Below the pieces are notes generated by a model. That model saw only the letters and a program-made list of their open reading frames with translations. It ran no database searches and was not told where the DNA came from. From NCBI GenBank assembly GCA_002329075.1, contig DCXR01000074.1:18083-82082 (forward strand): a stretch of DNA of 64,000 bases, given 5' to 3'. The stretch is from Candidatus Neomicrothrix sp. UBA2131 (GTDB lineage Bacteria > Actinomycetota > Acidimicrobiia > Acidimicrobiales > MedAcidi-G1). This document shows positions 16,491 through 26,244 of this stretch, one piece after another (the first letter of the stretch is position 1; every line of letters starts with the position of its first letter). The position numbers and the translations under genes were made by a program.

Positions 16491-17264
16491 TCAGCGGGCG
16501 ATGAACAGCCCCCCGTCGACAATCAGGCACTGGCCGGTCATGAAGCTCGATGCGTCGGACACCATGTACAGGACGGCGCCGACCATCTCGTCGGGTGAGG
16601 CCAGGCGGCCCATGAACGTGGCCCTCGCCATGGCTGCCACCCCCGCCTCACCGGTGTTGCGGGCCATGTCCGTGTCGACCGGCCCGGGGGCCAGGGCGTT
16701 GACGCGGATGCCCCGACCGGCCAACTCCGCCGCCATCGACCTCGTGAAGCTGAGCAGGGCCGACTTGCCGGCTGCGTAGAGGGACCTACCCGGGCTGGGG
16801 AGGAAGGCACCCGCCGAGACCACGTTCACGACAGCAGAGTGTCCGGAGACCTCGAGGTGCGCCAGACAGGCCTGGACCAGGAGCACCGGCCCCCGGACGT
16901 TCACGGCGAACGACTTGTCGAACCCGGCCAGGGTGATCCCGCCCAGCGGTTCGGCCAGGGCATTGGCTGCGTTGTTGACGACGATGTCAACGCCGCCGAA
17001 GGCCTCGACGGTGGCAGCGACCAGGCGCTCGGCGTCCTCGGGCTCGCCGAGGTGCGCCGGAACCGCCAACGCCTCGCCACCGGCGTCACGGATGGCGGCG
17101 GCCACCCCCTCACAGGCATCGGCCTTGCGACTGGCGACCACCACCCGGGCACCCTGGGCGGCAAGGCCCTCGGACACGGCACGGCCGATCCCCCGGCTGC
17201 CACCGGTCACGATGGCGACCCGGTCGGTCAGGTCGTACAGGGCGGCGATCTCCGCTCGGTCCAC
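16491..17264 (-). CDS. SDR-family oxidoreductase
   Basis: Motifs VTGGSRGIGRA, NNAA and S...YAAGKSA. The start was trimmed to GTG 17262-17264 so that it does not run into the upstream cupin gene; the exact start is uncertain. Confidence 0.85.
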   Translation of the reverse strand: MDRAEIAALYDLTDRVAIVTGGSRGIGRAVSEGLAAQGARVVVASRKADACEGVAAAIRDAGGEALAVPAHLGEPEDAERLVAATVEAFGGVDIVVNNAANALAEPLGGITLAGFDKSFAVNVRGPVLLVQACLAHLEVSGHSAVVNVVSAGAFLPSPGRSLYAAGKSALLSFTRSMAAELAGRGIRVNALAPGPVDTDMARNTGEAGVAAMARATFMGRLASPDEMVGAVLYMVSDASSFMTGQCLIVDGGLFIAR

Positions 17265-17299
17265 GTGCGCGCTCTCAGACAGGGTGGCCCGGTGCGGGA

Positions 17300-17653
17300 T
17301 CAGGCCTCGCCCTCGCCCCGCTGTCCGACGAAGTAGCCCACACCGAAGTCGGGCGTCGAGAACGTGACCTCGCAACCGTCCGGGAAGTAGAAGAGGTCTC
17401 CCTTCGTGCCGGCGACCGTCTCGCCGGTGCAGTCGGTGATGTGCAGTTCACCGTCGATGACGAGCTTGATCTCGTGGTACGTGTAGGTGTAGGTCATCGA
17501 TTCGCCGGCCTCGAGGCGGAAGATCCCCGCCGTGATGGCCTTGTCGGGGTCCTCCGACACGGCGAAGTCCTCGAGGAAGGCGTTGGCTTCGAACTCGTCC
17601 ATGGCGGGAAGTTCCCGACCGAGGATCTTTCCCTTGTGCTGCATCGCGGGCAT
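17300..17653 (-). CDS. Small cupin-domain protein (DUF861/EutQ-like)
   Basis: 117 aa with beta-barrel-type sequence (FRLEAGESMTYTYTYHEIKLVIDGELHITD...GDLFYFPDG). Confidence 0.65.
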   Translation of the reverse strand: MPAMQHKGKILGRELPAMDEFEANAFLEDFAVSEDPDKAITAGIFRLEAGESMTYTYTYHEIKLVIDGELHITDCTGETVAGTKGDLFYFPDGCEVTFSTPDFGVGYFVGQRGEGEA

Positions 17654-17767
17654 TGCGGTTCTCCCCTGTCACTGTGTGGCACCCGTCGGAGCGGGACACT
17701 GATGCGGATCACGGTCAACCTACAGCCGGACTCACCGCCGGATGCGACGCACCCCTAGCCTCCGCAT

Positions 17768-18697
17768 GTGCCCACCGACCGGAAGATCCTCGTCACCGGC
17801 CTGACCGGCCAGATCGGCCATCCCGTGGCCCGGATCCTGGCGCAGGACAACGAGGTGTGGGGGGCCGCACGCTTCTCCGCCGAGGACAGCCGGGAGCGGG
17901 CCGAGTCGATCGGGGTCAGGACGGTCGCGGTCGACCTCGAGACCGGCGACTACACCGGACTCCCCGACGACTTCACCCACGTTGTGCACTTCGCCGCCTG
18001 GATGGGGCCCCGTCCCGACCACGAGCGGGCGCTGCGGGCCAACGCCGAGGCGACCGGGCTGCTGATGCAGCACTGCCGGTCGGCCGAGGCGTTCCTCATG
18101 GCATCCACCAACTCGGTGTACCGACCCAACGCCGACCCCTGCCACCGCTACACGGAGGACGATCCGCTCGGCGATCCGACCTCGCCGTTCAGCCCCACCT
18201 ACTCGATGTCGAAGAACGCCCAGGAGGCCGTGGCCCGCACCATGTCCCGGGCACTCGGGCTGCGCACCACGATCGCCCGCATCAACGCCAGCTACGGCCC
18301 CAACGGCGGCCTGCCCGCCTACCACGGCGACTGGATGGCCGCCGGCCAGACGGTCCACCTGCGGGCACCCGGCCCCAACCCCTACAGTCCGATCCACGAG
18401 GACGACCTGGGCGCCCAGGTGGCGCCGCTGCTCGACGCCGCCTCGACGCCTGCCACGATCGTGAACTGGTGTGGCGACGACGTGGTGACCGCCGAGGAGT
18501 GGTGTGCCCTGTTCGGCGAATGCCTCGGCGTCGAGCCGGAACTCGTCTACGACGAGGTGCCCGGCAGCCAGCCCGGAAGCGCTGCCGACCCGACACGGCG
18601 CCTCGAACTCACCGGTCCGTGCACGGTGCCGTGGCGCGACGGCATGGCGGCGATGCTCGAAGCGCGCAGCGCCGGCGCCGCACCGGCCCGCAACTAG
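17768..18697 (+). CDS. NAD-dependent epimerase/dehydratase family protein
   Basis: GTG start. It has an extended-SDR N-terminus (ILVTGLTGQIGHPV) and a YSMSK (YxxxK) catalytic motif. Confidence 0.8.
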   Translation: MPTDRKILVTGLTGQIGHPVARILAQDNEVWGAARFSAEDSRERAESIGVRTVAVDLETGDYTGLPDDFTHVVHFAAWMGPRPDHERALRANAEATGLLMQHCRSAEAFLMASTNSVYRPNADPCHRYTEDDPLGDPTSPFSPTYSMSKNAQEAVARTMSRALGLRTTIARINASYGPNGGLPAYHGDWMAAGQTVHLRAPGPNPYSPIHEDDLGAQVAPLLDAASTPATIVNWCGDDVVTAEEWCALFGECLGVEPELVYDEVPGSQPGSAADPTRRLELTGPCTVPWRDGMAAMLEARSAGAAPARN

Positions 18698-18708
18698 GTT
18701 CGCCGACC

Positions 18709-19134
18709 ATGGAGGCACACGAACTCGAGGCCCTGGCCGACCGACTCGCCATCGAGGACCTCCTCACCCGCTACGCCAGCGCCGTCGACCGCCGCGACTG
18801 GGGCCTGTACCGCAGCGTCTTCACCGACGACGCCCACATCGACTACACGTCGGCCGGCGGCATCGCCGGGTCCCTGGAGGAGGTCGTGGCGTTCCTCGAG
18901 GCCACGATGCCGATGTTCGAGATGACCCAACACCTGGTCGCCAACGTCGAAGTGCGGATCGACGGCGACACGGCGACCGTGTCGGCCATGTTCAACAACC
19001 CGATGAGGCTGCCGGACGGCGACGCCTGGTTCACCGGCGGCTGGTACCACCACGACCTCGTTCGCACAGGCGACGGCTGGCGCAGCCGGAACCTGCGCGA
19101 AGAGACCGCCTGGTTCGACCGGGCGCCGTTCTGA
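18709..19134 (+). CDS. NTF2-fold / SnoaL-like protein
   Basis: Trimmed from ORF 17653..19134 to ATG 18709. It has a typical SnoaL_4 opening (LEALADRLAIEDLLTRYASAVDRRDW) and is 141 aa. Confidence 0.7.
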   Translation: MEAHELEALADRLAIEDLLTRYASAVDRRDWGLYRSVFTDDAHIDYTSAGGIAGSLEEVVAFLEATMPMFEMTQHLVANVEVRIDGDTATVSAMFNNPMRLPDGDAWFTGGWYHHDLVRTGDGWRSRNLREETAWFDRAPF

Positions 19135-19169
19135 AACGCCCACGCTCCCTCCCGGCTACGTTCCCCGCC

Positions 19170-20357
19170 ATGCCCGGACCCCTAGACGGCATCCGCATCG
19201 TCGACTTCTCCGTTGCCCTGACCGGGCCGCTGGCCGCCGGCATGCTCGTCGACCAGGGTGCCGACTGCATCAAGGTGGAGCAGTCCCCGAACGGCGACCT
19301 GGTGCGCTGGCTCGGCACGTCCCTCGAAGGCATCTCCTCGATGTTCCAGATCGCCAACAGGGGCAAGCGCTCGGCCGCGATCGACCTCCAGCAGGCCGAG
19401 GGGCGGGCCATCGCACTCGACCTCGTCGCCGACGCCGACGTGGTCGTCCAGAACTTCCGTCCGGGGGTGGCCGAGCGCCTCGGGATCGCCTACGCAGACG
19501 TTGCCGCCGTCGTACCCGACGTCGTCTACGCCGACATCACGGGCTTCGGACCGACCGGTCCAGCCAGTAGCCGGCGCGTCTACGACACGGCCATCCAGGC
19601 CGCCTCCGGCCTGGTCGCCAGCCAGACGGGGGTCAACGACGACCGGCCGAGGCTGCTCAAGCAGTTGATCGCCGACAAGGTCACCGCCTACACGGCCTGC
19701 CAGGCGATCACCGCAGCCCTGCTCGCCCGCGAGCGGGGCCAGGGCGGGCAGCACCTCGAACTCTCGATGCTGGACGCCTGCATCGCATTCCTGTTCGTGG
19801 ATGCCGCCGACCATGAGATCGTGCTGGACGGCGACCACTCGGGGCCCCAGTGCGTCGCTGCCAACAACACGCCCCTCGAACTGGCCGACGGGTTCGCCAC
19901 CATCGCCGTGCCGGGAGACCTGGAGTTCCACGGTATGGCGGCCGCCTTCGGCGTGGACACCTCCGACCCCGACCTGGCCACGCTCCACGACCGCTTGCGC
20001 CATCCGGAGAAGGCGCGTGCGATCCACAGGGCGGTCAGGGAGGCCTCCCCTTCCATGACCATCGCCGAGGCGGAGGCCTTCCTCGACACCCTGGGTGTGC
20101 CGTTCGGCGTCGTGCGCGCCGTGGACGAGGTCGCCGAGGATCCCCAGGTGCTGGCCAACGAACTGTTCGAGGAACACGACCACCCCGTTGCGGGTCGAAT
20201 CCGCCAGCACCGTCCCCCGACACGGTTCCACGGCACGCCCGCCGAGCTCCGGGAACGGTCGGCACCGACCCTCGGCCAGCACACCGAAGAGGTCGTGGCC
20301 GAAACCGGACGCGGTGACCGGCTCGCCGAGCTCCGTTCGGCAGGAGTGGTCGGATGA
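19170..20357 (+). CDS. CaiB/BaiF family III CoA-transferase
   Basis: Trimmed to ATG 19170. It has the family opening GPLDGIRIVDFSVALTGPLAAGMLVDQGADCIKVE and NFRPGV. Confidence 0.85.
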   Translation: MPGPLDGIRIVDFSVALTGPLAAGMLVDQGADCIKVEQSPNGDLVRWLGTSLEGISSMFQIANRGKRSAAIDLQQAEGRAIALDLVADADVVVQNFRPGVAERLGIAYADVAAVVPDVVYADITGFGPTGPASSRRVYDTAIQAASGLVASQTGVNDDRPRLLKQLIADKVTAYTACQAITAALLARERGQGGQHLELSMLDACIAFLFVDAADHEIVLDGDHSGPQCVAANNTPLELADGFATIAVPGDLEFHGMAAAFGVDTSDPDLATLHDRLRHPEKARAIHRAVREASPSMTIAEAEAFLDTLGVPFGVVRAVDEVAEDPQVLANELFEEHDHPVAGRIRQHRPPTRFHGTPAELRERSAPTLGQHTEEVVAETGRGDRLAELRSAGVVG

Positions 20358-21103
20358 GCGACGGGACCCGGGAGGAGCGACGCTACGACGCCTGGGTACG
20401 CCAGCACGCCGAGGCCGGAACCACGGAGTTGATCCCGGCGGCAACGGTGCTGGTCCTCCGGGACGGCGCCGACGGCCTCGAGGTCCTGATGCTGCGCAAG
20501 AACTCGAAGATCGCCTTCGGGGGCATGTGGGTGTTCCCGGGGGGCCGCATCGACGACGAGGACAACGTCCCGGGCGACGACGGCGAGCCCGATGAGTTGG
20601 CGACAGCGGGTCGGGCGGCCGTCCGCGAGGCGGCCGAGGAGGCCCGTATCGCGGTCGACCCCGAAGCCCTCGTCTGGTTCTCGTACTGGGTGCCCCCGCC
20701 CATCACGCCAAAGCGATTCTCGACGTTCTTCTTCGCCACCCGGGCGGCCCCGGGCCCGGACGGGGTCGTGGAGATCGACGACGGCGAGATCGTGGACCAT
20801 GCCTGGATGACCCCTGCCGGGGCGATGGCCCGAAGGGATGCCGCCGAGATCGAGTTGGCGCCGCCCACCTGGGTGAGCCTGAACCTGCTGTCGACATGGA
20901 CCACGGTCGGAACTGCGCTCGAGGCGCTGGCCGACCTGGACCCCGAGTTCTACGAGACGCACATCGGCCGATCCGACGACGGCGCCGTGGCGATGTGGTC
21001 GGGCGACGCCGGCTACGAGACCGACGACCCGTCGCAGGACGGCCCCCGCCACCGGCTCACCATGAGCGACGGCGGCTACGTCTACGAGCGCACCGGTTGC
21101 TGA
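20354..21103 (+). CDS. NUDIX hydrolase
   Basis: The ATGA overlap links it to the CoA-transferase. It has a Nudix box-like GGMWVFPGGRIDDED...AAVREAAEEARI. Confidence 0.75.
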   Translation: MSDGTREERRYDAWVRQHAEAGTTELIPAATVLVLRDGADGLEVLMLRKNSKIAFGGMWVFPGGRIDDEDNVPGDDGEPDELATAGRAAVREAAEEARIAVDPEALVWFSYWVPPPITPKRFSTFFFATRAAPGPDGVVEIDDGEIVDHAWMTPAGAMARRDAAEIELAPPTWVSLNLLSTWTTVGTALEALADLDPEFYETHIGRSDDGAVAMWSGDAGYETDDPSQDGPRHRLTMSDGGYVYERTGC

Positions 21104-21128
21104 GCCGCACGGCCCTACCATCTCCCGC

Positions 21129-23456
21129 GTGAGCACCGACACCCTTTCCGGCCTGACCGCAGCAGAGGTCGCCCAGCGGGTCGCCGATGGGCGGGTCAAC
21201 GACGTGCCGGACGCCCCGGTCCGCACCACCCGGCAGATCCTGCGGGCCAACGTGCTGACCCCGGTCAACGCCATCATGGGCACGCTGCTGGTGCTGATCC
21301 TGGTGGCCGGCCACCCGAGTGACGCCCTCTTCGCCGGGGTCATCGTCTCGAACAGCGTGATCGGGGTGGTCCAGGAACTACGTGCCCGTCGCACGCTGAC
21401 AGCCCTGGCGGTGCTCTCGGCGCCGAAGGCCCGGGTGGTCCGCGACGGCTCCACCACGGAGGTCGGCGTTTCGGAGGTCGTGGCCGACGACCTGCTCGAA
21501 CTCTCCCCGGGCGATCAGGTCGTGGTCGACGGCGAGGTCGTCGCCGCCCACGGCCTGGCCTTGGACGAGTCGCTGCTGACCGGCGAGGCGGACGCCGTCG
21601 ACAAGGAGGTCGGCGACGACGTGTTGTCCGGCAGCTTCGTGTCGTCGGGCTCCGGCCACATGCGGGCGACCCGGATCGGCGCCGACGCATACGCAGCGTC
21701 CCTGGCCGACGAGGCCCGCCGCTTCACCCTCGCCAACAGCGACCTCCGGAACGGCGTGAACCTCATCCTGCGTGGGCTCACCGTCATCATCCCGCCGGCC
21801 TCGCTGCTGCTGCTCGCCCGCCTGCTCGTCGAGGAGGACCACTGGCAGGAGGCGCTGCGCGGCACGGTCGCCGCCGCTGTGGCGATGGTCCCCGACGGCC
21901 TGGTGCTGCTGACCAGCCTGTCGTTCATCGTCGGCGTGGTCGCCCTGGCCCGGCGACAGGCGCTGGCCAAGGAACTGGCGTCGGTCGAACTGCTGGCCAG
22001 GGTCGACGTACTGTGCCTGGACAAGACCGGGACCATCACAACCGGCGAGATCTCGTTCGCCGGACTCGAGCCGCTGGGCGGTTCATCCGAACAGGACGCC
22101 GCCTCGGCACTGGGCGCCCTGGCCGCCGCCGATCCCAGTCCCAATCCGACGTTGGCCGCGATCGCCGCCGCCCACGGCGACCCGGGCTGGCAGGTCGAAG
22201 ACGCACTCCCCTTCTCGTCGGCCCGCAAGTGGGCGTCCGCCACCTTCGAGGGGCATGGCCTCCACCACCTCGGCGCCCCCGACATCCTCCTGCCCGACGA
22301 CGACGAGGTCCGTGCCCGCGTCGCCGCCCACGCCGGGGAGGGCCGGAGGGTCCTGGCACTCACCCGCAGCGACGCCGTCGGCCCCGGCGAGCCCGAGTCG
22401 CTCCCCGCCGAGCGGCAACCGGTCGCCCTGGTGCTGCTCGAGGACACCGTCAAGCCCGACGCCCGCGAGATCCTCGACTACCTCGTCGCACAGGGCCTCG
22501 AACTCAAGGTCATATCGGGCGACCACCCCGCGACCGTGGCGGCCGTGGCGAGGAGGGCGGGCGTTCCCAGCGCCGAGGACGGCATCGACGCCGGGACGCT
22601 CCCCGACGACCCGGACGAGTTGGCCGACATGGTCGACGGACAGGCGGTGTTCGGCCGCGTCACCCCACACCAGAAGCGGGCCATGGTCGAGGCACTGCAG
22701 TCGCGGGGCCATACCGTCGCCATGACCGGTGATGGCGTCAACGACGTGCTGGCCCTCAAGGACGCCGACATGGGGATCGCCATGGGGTCCGGCAGCGAGG
22801 CCACCCGGGCCGTCGCCCAACTCGTGCTCCTCGACGACCGGTTCGGCACCCTCCCCCGGGTGCTCGACGAGGGACGTCGCGTCATCAACAACATCGAGCG
22901 GGTCGCCAACCTGTTCATCACCAAGGCCGCCTACGCCATCCTGCTCACCGCCCTCATCGGCCTGCTCGGGGCTCCCTTCCCGTTCCTTCCCAAGCAGCTC
23001 ACCCTGATCGGCACGTTCTCGATCGGGGTACCGGGTTTCTTCCTCGCCCTCGCCCCCGACACCTCGCTGGTCAGGAAGGGGTTCCTGCCGCGGGTCCTGT
23101 GCTTCTCGTTGCCGACCGGGGTTGCTGCCGCCATCGCCACCTTCGTCTGCTACGAGTCCGTCCGCGCCGGCGAGGCCACCCTTGCCGAGGCCCGGACGAC
23201 CGCCACGATGACCCTCCTGGCGCTCGGCCTCGTCATCCTCCTGTCGATCGCCCGGCCACTCCGGCCGTGGAAGCTGGGCCTGGCGCTGGCCATGGGATGC
23301 TCCTACGTGCTCGTCATGGTGCTGGAGGTAGGCCGCGACTTCTTCGAACTGGACGCTCCCCCGACCGCCGCCTGGGTGATCGCCGCTACCTGTGTGGCGG
23401 TCGGGGGCGTTGCCATCGCCATGGCCCCACGGCTGGCCAACCGCCTTTTCGGCTAG
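21129..23456 (+). CDS. Cation-translocating P-type ATPase (HAD-IC; CtpE-like)
   Basis: 775 aa with a GTG start. Motifs are TGEA, the phosphorylation site CLDKTGTIT, MTGDGVNDVLALK and multiple TM segments. Confidence 0.9.
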   Translation: MSTDTLSGLTAAEVAQRVADGRVNDVPDAPVRTTRQILRANVLTPVNAIMGTLLVLILVAGHPSDALFAGVIVSNSVIGVVQELRARRTLTALAVLSAPKARVVRDGSTTEVGVSEVVADDLLELSPGDQVVVDGEVVAAHGLALDESLLTGEADAVDKEVGDDVLSGSFVSSGSGHMRATRIGADAYAASLADEARRFTLANSDLRNGVNLILRGLTVIIPPASLLLLARLLVEEDHWQEALRGTVAAAVAMVPDGLVLLTSLSFIVGVVALARRQALAKELASVELLARVDVLCLDKTGTITTGEISFAGLEPLGGSSEQDAASALGALAAADPSPNPTLAAIAAAHGDPGWQVEDALPFSSARKWASATFEGHGLHHLGAPDILLPDDDEVRARVAAHAGEGRRVLALTRSDAVGPGEPESLPAERQPVALVLLEDTVKPDAREILDYLVAQGLELKVISGDHPATVAAVARRAGVPSAEDGIDAGTLPDDPDELADMVDGQAVFGRVTPHQKRAMVEALQSRGHTVAMTGDGVNDVLALKDADMGIAMGSGSEATRAVAQLVLLDDRFGTLPRVLDEGRRVINNIERVANLFITKAAYAILLTALIGLLGAPFPFLPKQLTLIGTFSIGVPGFFLALAPDTSLVRKGFLPRVLCFSLPTGVAAAIATFVCYESVRAGEATLAEARTTATMTLLALGLVILLSIARPLRPWKLGLALAMGCSYVLVMVLEVGRDFFELDAPPTAAWVIAATCVAVGGVAIAMAPRLANRLFG

Positions 23457-23491
23457 CGTTCCGCCCGGCGAACGGCCACGAAGGGGCGCAC

Positions 23492-24760
23492 ATGCCGGAA
23501 ACCGACCAGGGACTCTTCGCCACCGCGCTGGCGCAGTTCGAGCGTGGGGCCGAGTTGGTGGGCATGCCCGCCGACCTCCGGTCGATCATCTCGCAGCCCA
23601 AGAACGAGATCATCGTCAACTTCCCCGTCCGCATGACCGACGGGAGCTTCCGGGTCTTCCGCGGCTACCGCATCCAGCACAGCAACCTGTTGGGCCCCTA
23701 CAAGGGGGGCGTCCGGTTCCACCCGGCGGTCGACCTCGACGAGGTCAAGGCACTGGCCTCCTGGATGACCTGGAAGTCGGCCCTCTGCGAAATCCCGTTC
23801 GGTGGGGCCAAGGGTGGCATCTCCTTCAGCCCCCGCGACCACGACGAGGACGAGCTGGAACGCATCGTCCGCCGGTTCACCCACAGCCTCGGCGCCAACA
23901 TCGGTCCCGACCACGACATCCCGGCCCCGGACCTCGGCTCGAACGCCCAGTCGATGGTCTGGATGATGGACACCTATGCCAACTCGACCGGCGCCACCGA
24001 GCGCCAGAACGTGAAACGGGTCGTCACCGGAAAGACGCTCGAGACCGGCGGCAGCCCCGGCCGGGACAAGGCCACCGGTCAGGGTGTGGTCTTCTGCCTG
24101 CAGCACTGGGCCGACGAGGTCGGGTTCGACCTCTCGAGTGCCACGGTCGCGATCCAGGGCTGGGGCAACGTCGGGAGCGCCACCGGCCGCATTCTGCAGG
24201 TCCACGGGACGACGGTGACCGCCGTTGCCGACCATCAGGGCGCCGTCGCCGACGAGGACGGGATCGACGCCTTCGAGCTCACCGACTGGGTGCGCGAGCG
24301 GGGCACCGTGAAGGGCTTTCCAAGGGCCGGCTGGATCGACAACGACGACTTCTGGTCGTCCGACGTCGACATCTTCGTTCCGGCAGCGATCGAGAACCAG
24401 GTCCGCGCCGACAACGCCCCGATGATCCGTGCAAAGGTCATCGTCGAGGCTGCCAACGGGCCGACGACCCTCGAGGCCGAGCGCCTTCTCCAGGACCGGG
24501 GCGTCGAGATCCTCCCCGACATCCTCGTGAACGCCGGAGGCGTCATCGTGTCGTACTTCGAGTGGGTGCAGAACCGCTCGGCTCAGCGCTGGTCGCTCGA
24601 CGACGTCGACTACAGGTTGCGGGACGTGCTCTGGAGGGCATGCGACACCGTCGCCGAGGCGCGCAGGGACTACGAGGTCGAATCCCGCCGGGATGCCGCC
24701 TACGCCGTGGCCCTCAGCCGCCTCCAGGCCGTGTACCAGCAGCGCGGCATCTTCCCCTGA
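23492..24760 (+). CDS. Glu/Leu/Phe/Val dehydrogenase (glutamate dehydrogenase-like)
   Basis: Trimmed to ATG 23492. Motifs: GPYKGGVRFHP, the catalytic-Lys motif PFGGAKGG, and the GWGNVGS Rossmann motif. Confidence 0.9.
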   Translation: MPETDQGLFATALAQFERGAELVGMPADLRSIISQPKNEIIVNFPVRMTDGSFRVFRGYRIQHSNLLGPYKGGVRFHPAVDLDEVKALASWMTWKSALCEIPFGGAKGGISFSPRDHDEDELERIVRRFTHSLGANIGPDHDIPAPDLGSNAQSMVWMMDTYANSTGATERQNVKRVVTGKTLETGGSPGRDKATGQGVVFCLQHWADEVGFDLSSATVAIQGWGNVGSATGRILQVHGTTVTAVADHQGAVADEDGIDAFELTDWVRERGTVKGFPRAGWIDNDDFWSSDVDIFVPAAIENQVRADNAPMIRAKVIVEAANGPTTLEAERLLQDRGVEILPDILVNAGGVIVSYFEWVQNRSAQRWSLDDVDYRLRDVLWRACDTVAEARRDYEVESRRDAAYAVALSRLQAVYQQRGIFP

Positions 24761-24766
24761 TCCGAT

Positions 24767-24784
24767 CCCGGGAGGTCGCCCGGG
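24767..24784 (+). terminator. Hairpin CCCGGG-AGGTCG-CCCGGG after the dehydrogenase gene
   Basis: 6-bp stem with a 6-nt loop, 7 nt after the stop. There is no U-tract, so the evidence is weak. Confidence 0.25.
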
Positions 24785-24803
24785 CGTTGCTACGGTCGAC
24801 CCC

Positions 24804-25457
24804 ATGGGCACCCGGACGCTTGTGTGTGGCGCCGGAGGCCTGTACGACGAACTGGTCGCCCGGCTTCGTGCACGTGGCCACCTCGTCGAGACCCTGGGTC
24901 TTTCGTCGCTGGCCGCCCGGCCCACTGCCGAAACGGCCGTGGACACCGCCGCCGCCGCACTGGGGACCGTGGACCTCCTGGTCCACGTGCTGGAGTCCCC
25001 GGGGCAGCCGATCCCCCTGGTCGACCTCTCGACCGACGACTGGGTGGCCGTCTGCGAGGATCCGATGGTGGGCGCCCTCCACCTGCTCCAGGCCTGTCGC
25101 CCGCACCTCGGCCCCGGCAGTCGGGTCGTCCATGTGGTGCCCACCTCCGCCATGGGAGGCGCACCGGGGTTCGCCGCCACGGCGACGGCGGCCGAGGGCA
25201 TCCGGGCCCTGAACAAGAGCGCTGCCCGCCAGTGGGGCACCGATGGGATCACGACCGCCGTGGTCGCCGCAGCCCCCGAACTGCTCATCGGTCCGGCGGC
25301 GAGCTCGTCGGGTGGTGCCCTCTCCGGCCCGGCACTCGGACGCACCGGCGGGGCGGAGGACCTGGCCGGGATCATCGACACCCTGGCCTCACCCGACGCC
25401 GCCTTCACGAGCGGGTCGACGATCGTTGCCGATGGCGGCACCTGGATGGCGCCGTGA
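24804..25457 (+). CDS. SDR-fold protein lacking the catalytic Tyr/Lys (probable non-catalytic SDR partner)
   Basis: Trimmed to ATG 24804. It is Rossmann-like (LVCGAGGLYDE). Where SDRs have YxxxK, it reads FAATA. Its stop overlaps the next SDR start (GTGA). Confidence 0.6.
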   Translation: MGTRTLVCGAGGLYDELVARLRARGHLVETLGLSSLAARPTAETAVDTAAAALGTVDLLVHVLESPGQPIPLVDLSTDDWVAVCEDPMVGALHLLQACRPHLGPGSRVVHVVPTSAMGGAPGFAATATAAEGIRALNKSAARQWGTDGITTAVVAAAPELLIGPAASSSGGALSGPALGRTGGAEDLAGIIDTLASPDAAFTSGSTIVADGGTWMAP

Positions 25458-26230
25458 GCAAGGACCTCGATGCGGGACTGCTCGGGGGCCGGGTGGCGCT
25501 GATCACGGGCGGCGGCGCCGGCATCGGCCTCGGAATCGCCACGGCGATGGCGAGGGAGGGTGCTGCAGTGGTGCTCGCCGCCCGCCGGATCGAGAACGGC
25601 GAGCCGGCCGCCGAGGCGCTCCGGGACGCCGGGCACCGGGCGCTCTGCGTGCGCTGCGACGTCACCAGCCGGATCGACCTGGAATCCGCCGTGGCCGCCA
25701 CGATCGACGGGTTCGGCCACCTGGACTGCTTCGTCCACAACGCCGTCGGTGGCAGCGTCGCCCCGGGCCCGATCGAAGGGATGGACGACGGCTGGCCAGG
25801 CCTGCTCGCCACGACGGTGAGGGCCTCGTTCGACGCCGCCCAGGTGGCGCACCCACACCTCGCCGCCGCCGGGGGCTCGTTTCTCCTACTGACCTCGGCG
25901 GCGGGCATGGAGGGCAGCGCCAGCCTGCCCGCCTACGCCATGGTCAAGGCGTCACAGCGGGCGCTTGCGAAGAGCCTCTCCCAGGAGTGGGGGCCGGCAG
26001 GGATCCGCGTGAACTGCATCGCCCCCGTCGCCCGTACGCCGGCCATGGATCGCGCCTACAGGGCCAACCCGGACCTCGAGGAGCGACTGCTGGAACGGAC
26101 GCCGCTTCGACGGATCGGTGACCCGACCGATGACATCGGACCGGTGGCGGTGTTCCTCACCAGCGACCTGGCCCGGTTCGTGACCGGCCAGACGATCGTG
26201 GCAGACGGTGGGGGGTTCCTGGGGCTCTGA
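25454..26230 (+). CDS. SDR-family oxidoreductase (canonical)
   Basis: GTG 25454. Motifs ITGGGAGIGLG, HNAV and S...YAMVKAS are intact. Confidence 0.85.
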   Translation: MSKDLDAGLLGGRVALITGGGAGIGLGIATAMAREGAAVVLAARRIENGEPAAEALRDAGHRALCVRCDVTSRIDLESAVAATIDGFGHLDCFVHNAVGGSVAPGPIEGMDDGWPGLLATTVRASFDAAQVAHPHLAAAGGSFLLLTSAAGMEGSASLPAYAMVKASQRALAKSLSQEWGPAGIRVNCIAPVARTPAMDRAYRANPDLEERLLERTPLRRIGDPTDDIGPVAVFLTSDLARFVTGQTIVADGGGFLGL

Positions 26231-26244
26231 GCCCGGGTGGAGCC

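Noticed and set aside
17654-17767. Possible operator in the cupin/epimerase divergent region (GATGCGGA / GGATGCGA direct repeat, TGTCAC motifs)
   Set aside because: It contains only short, imperfect repeats and no palindrome of 6 bp or more. It does not match the CCTGAC-N5-GTCAG motif.
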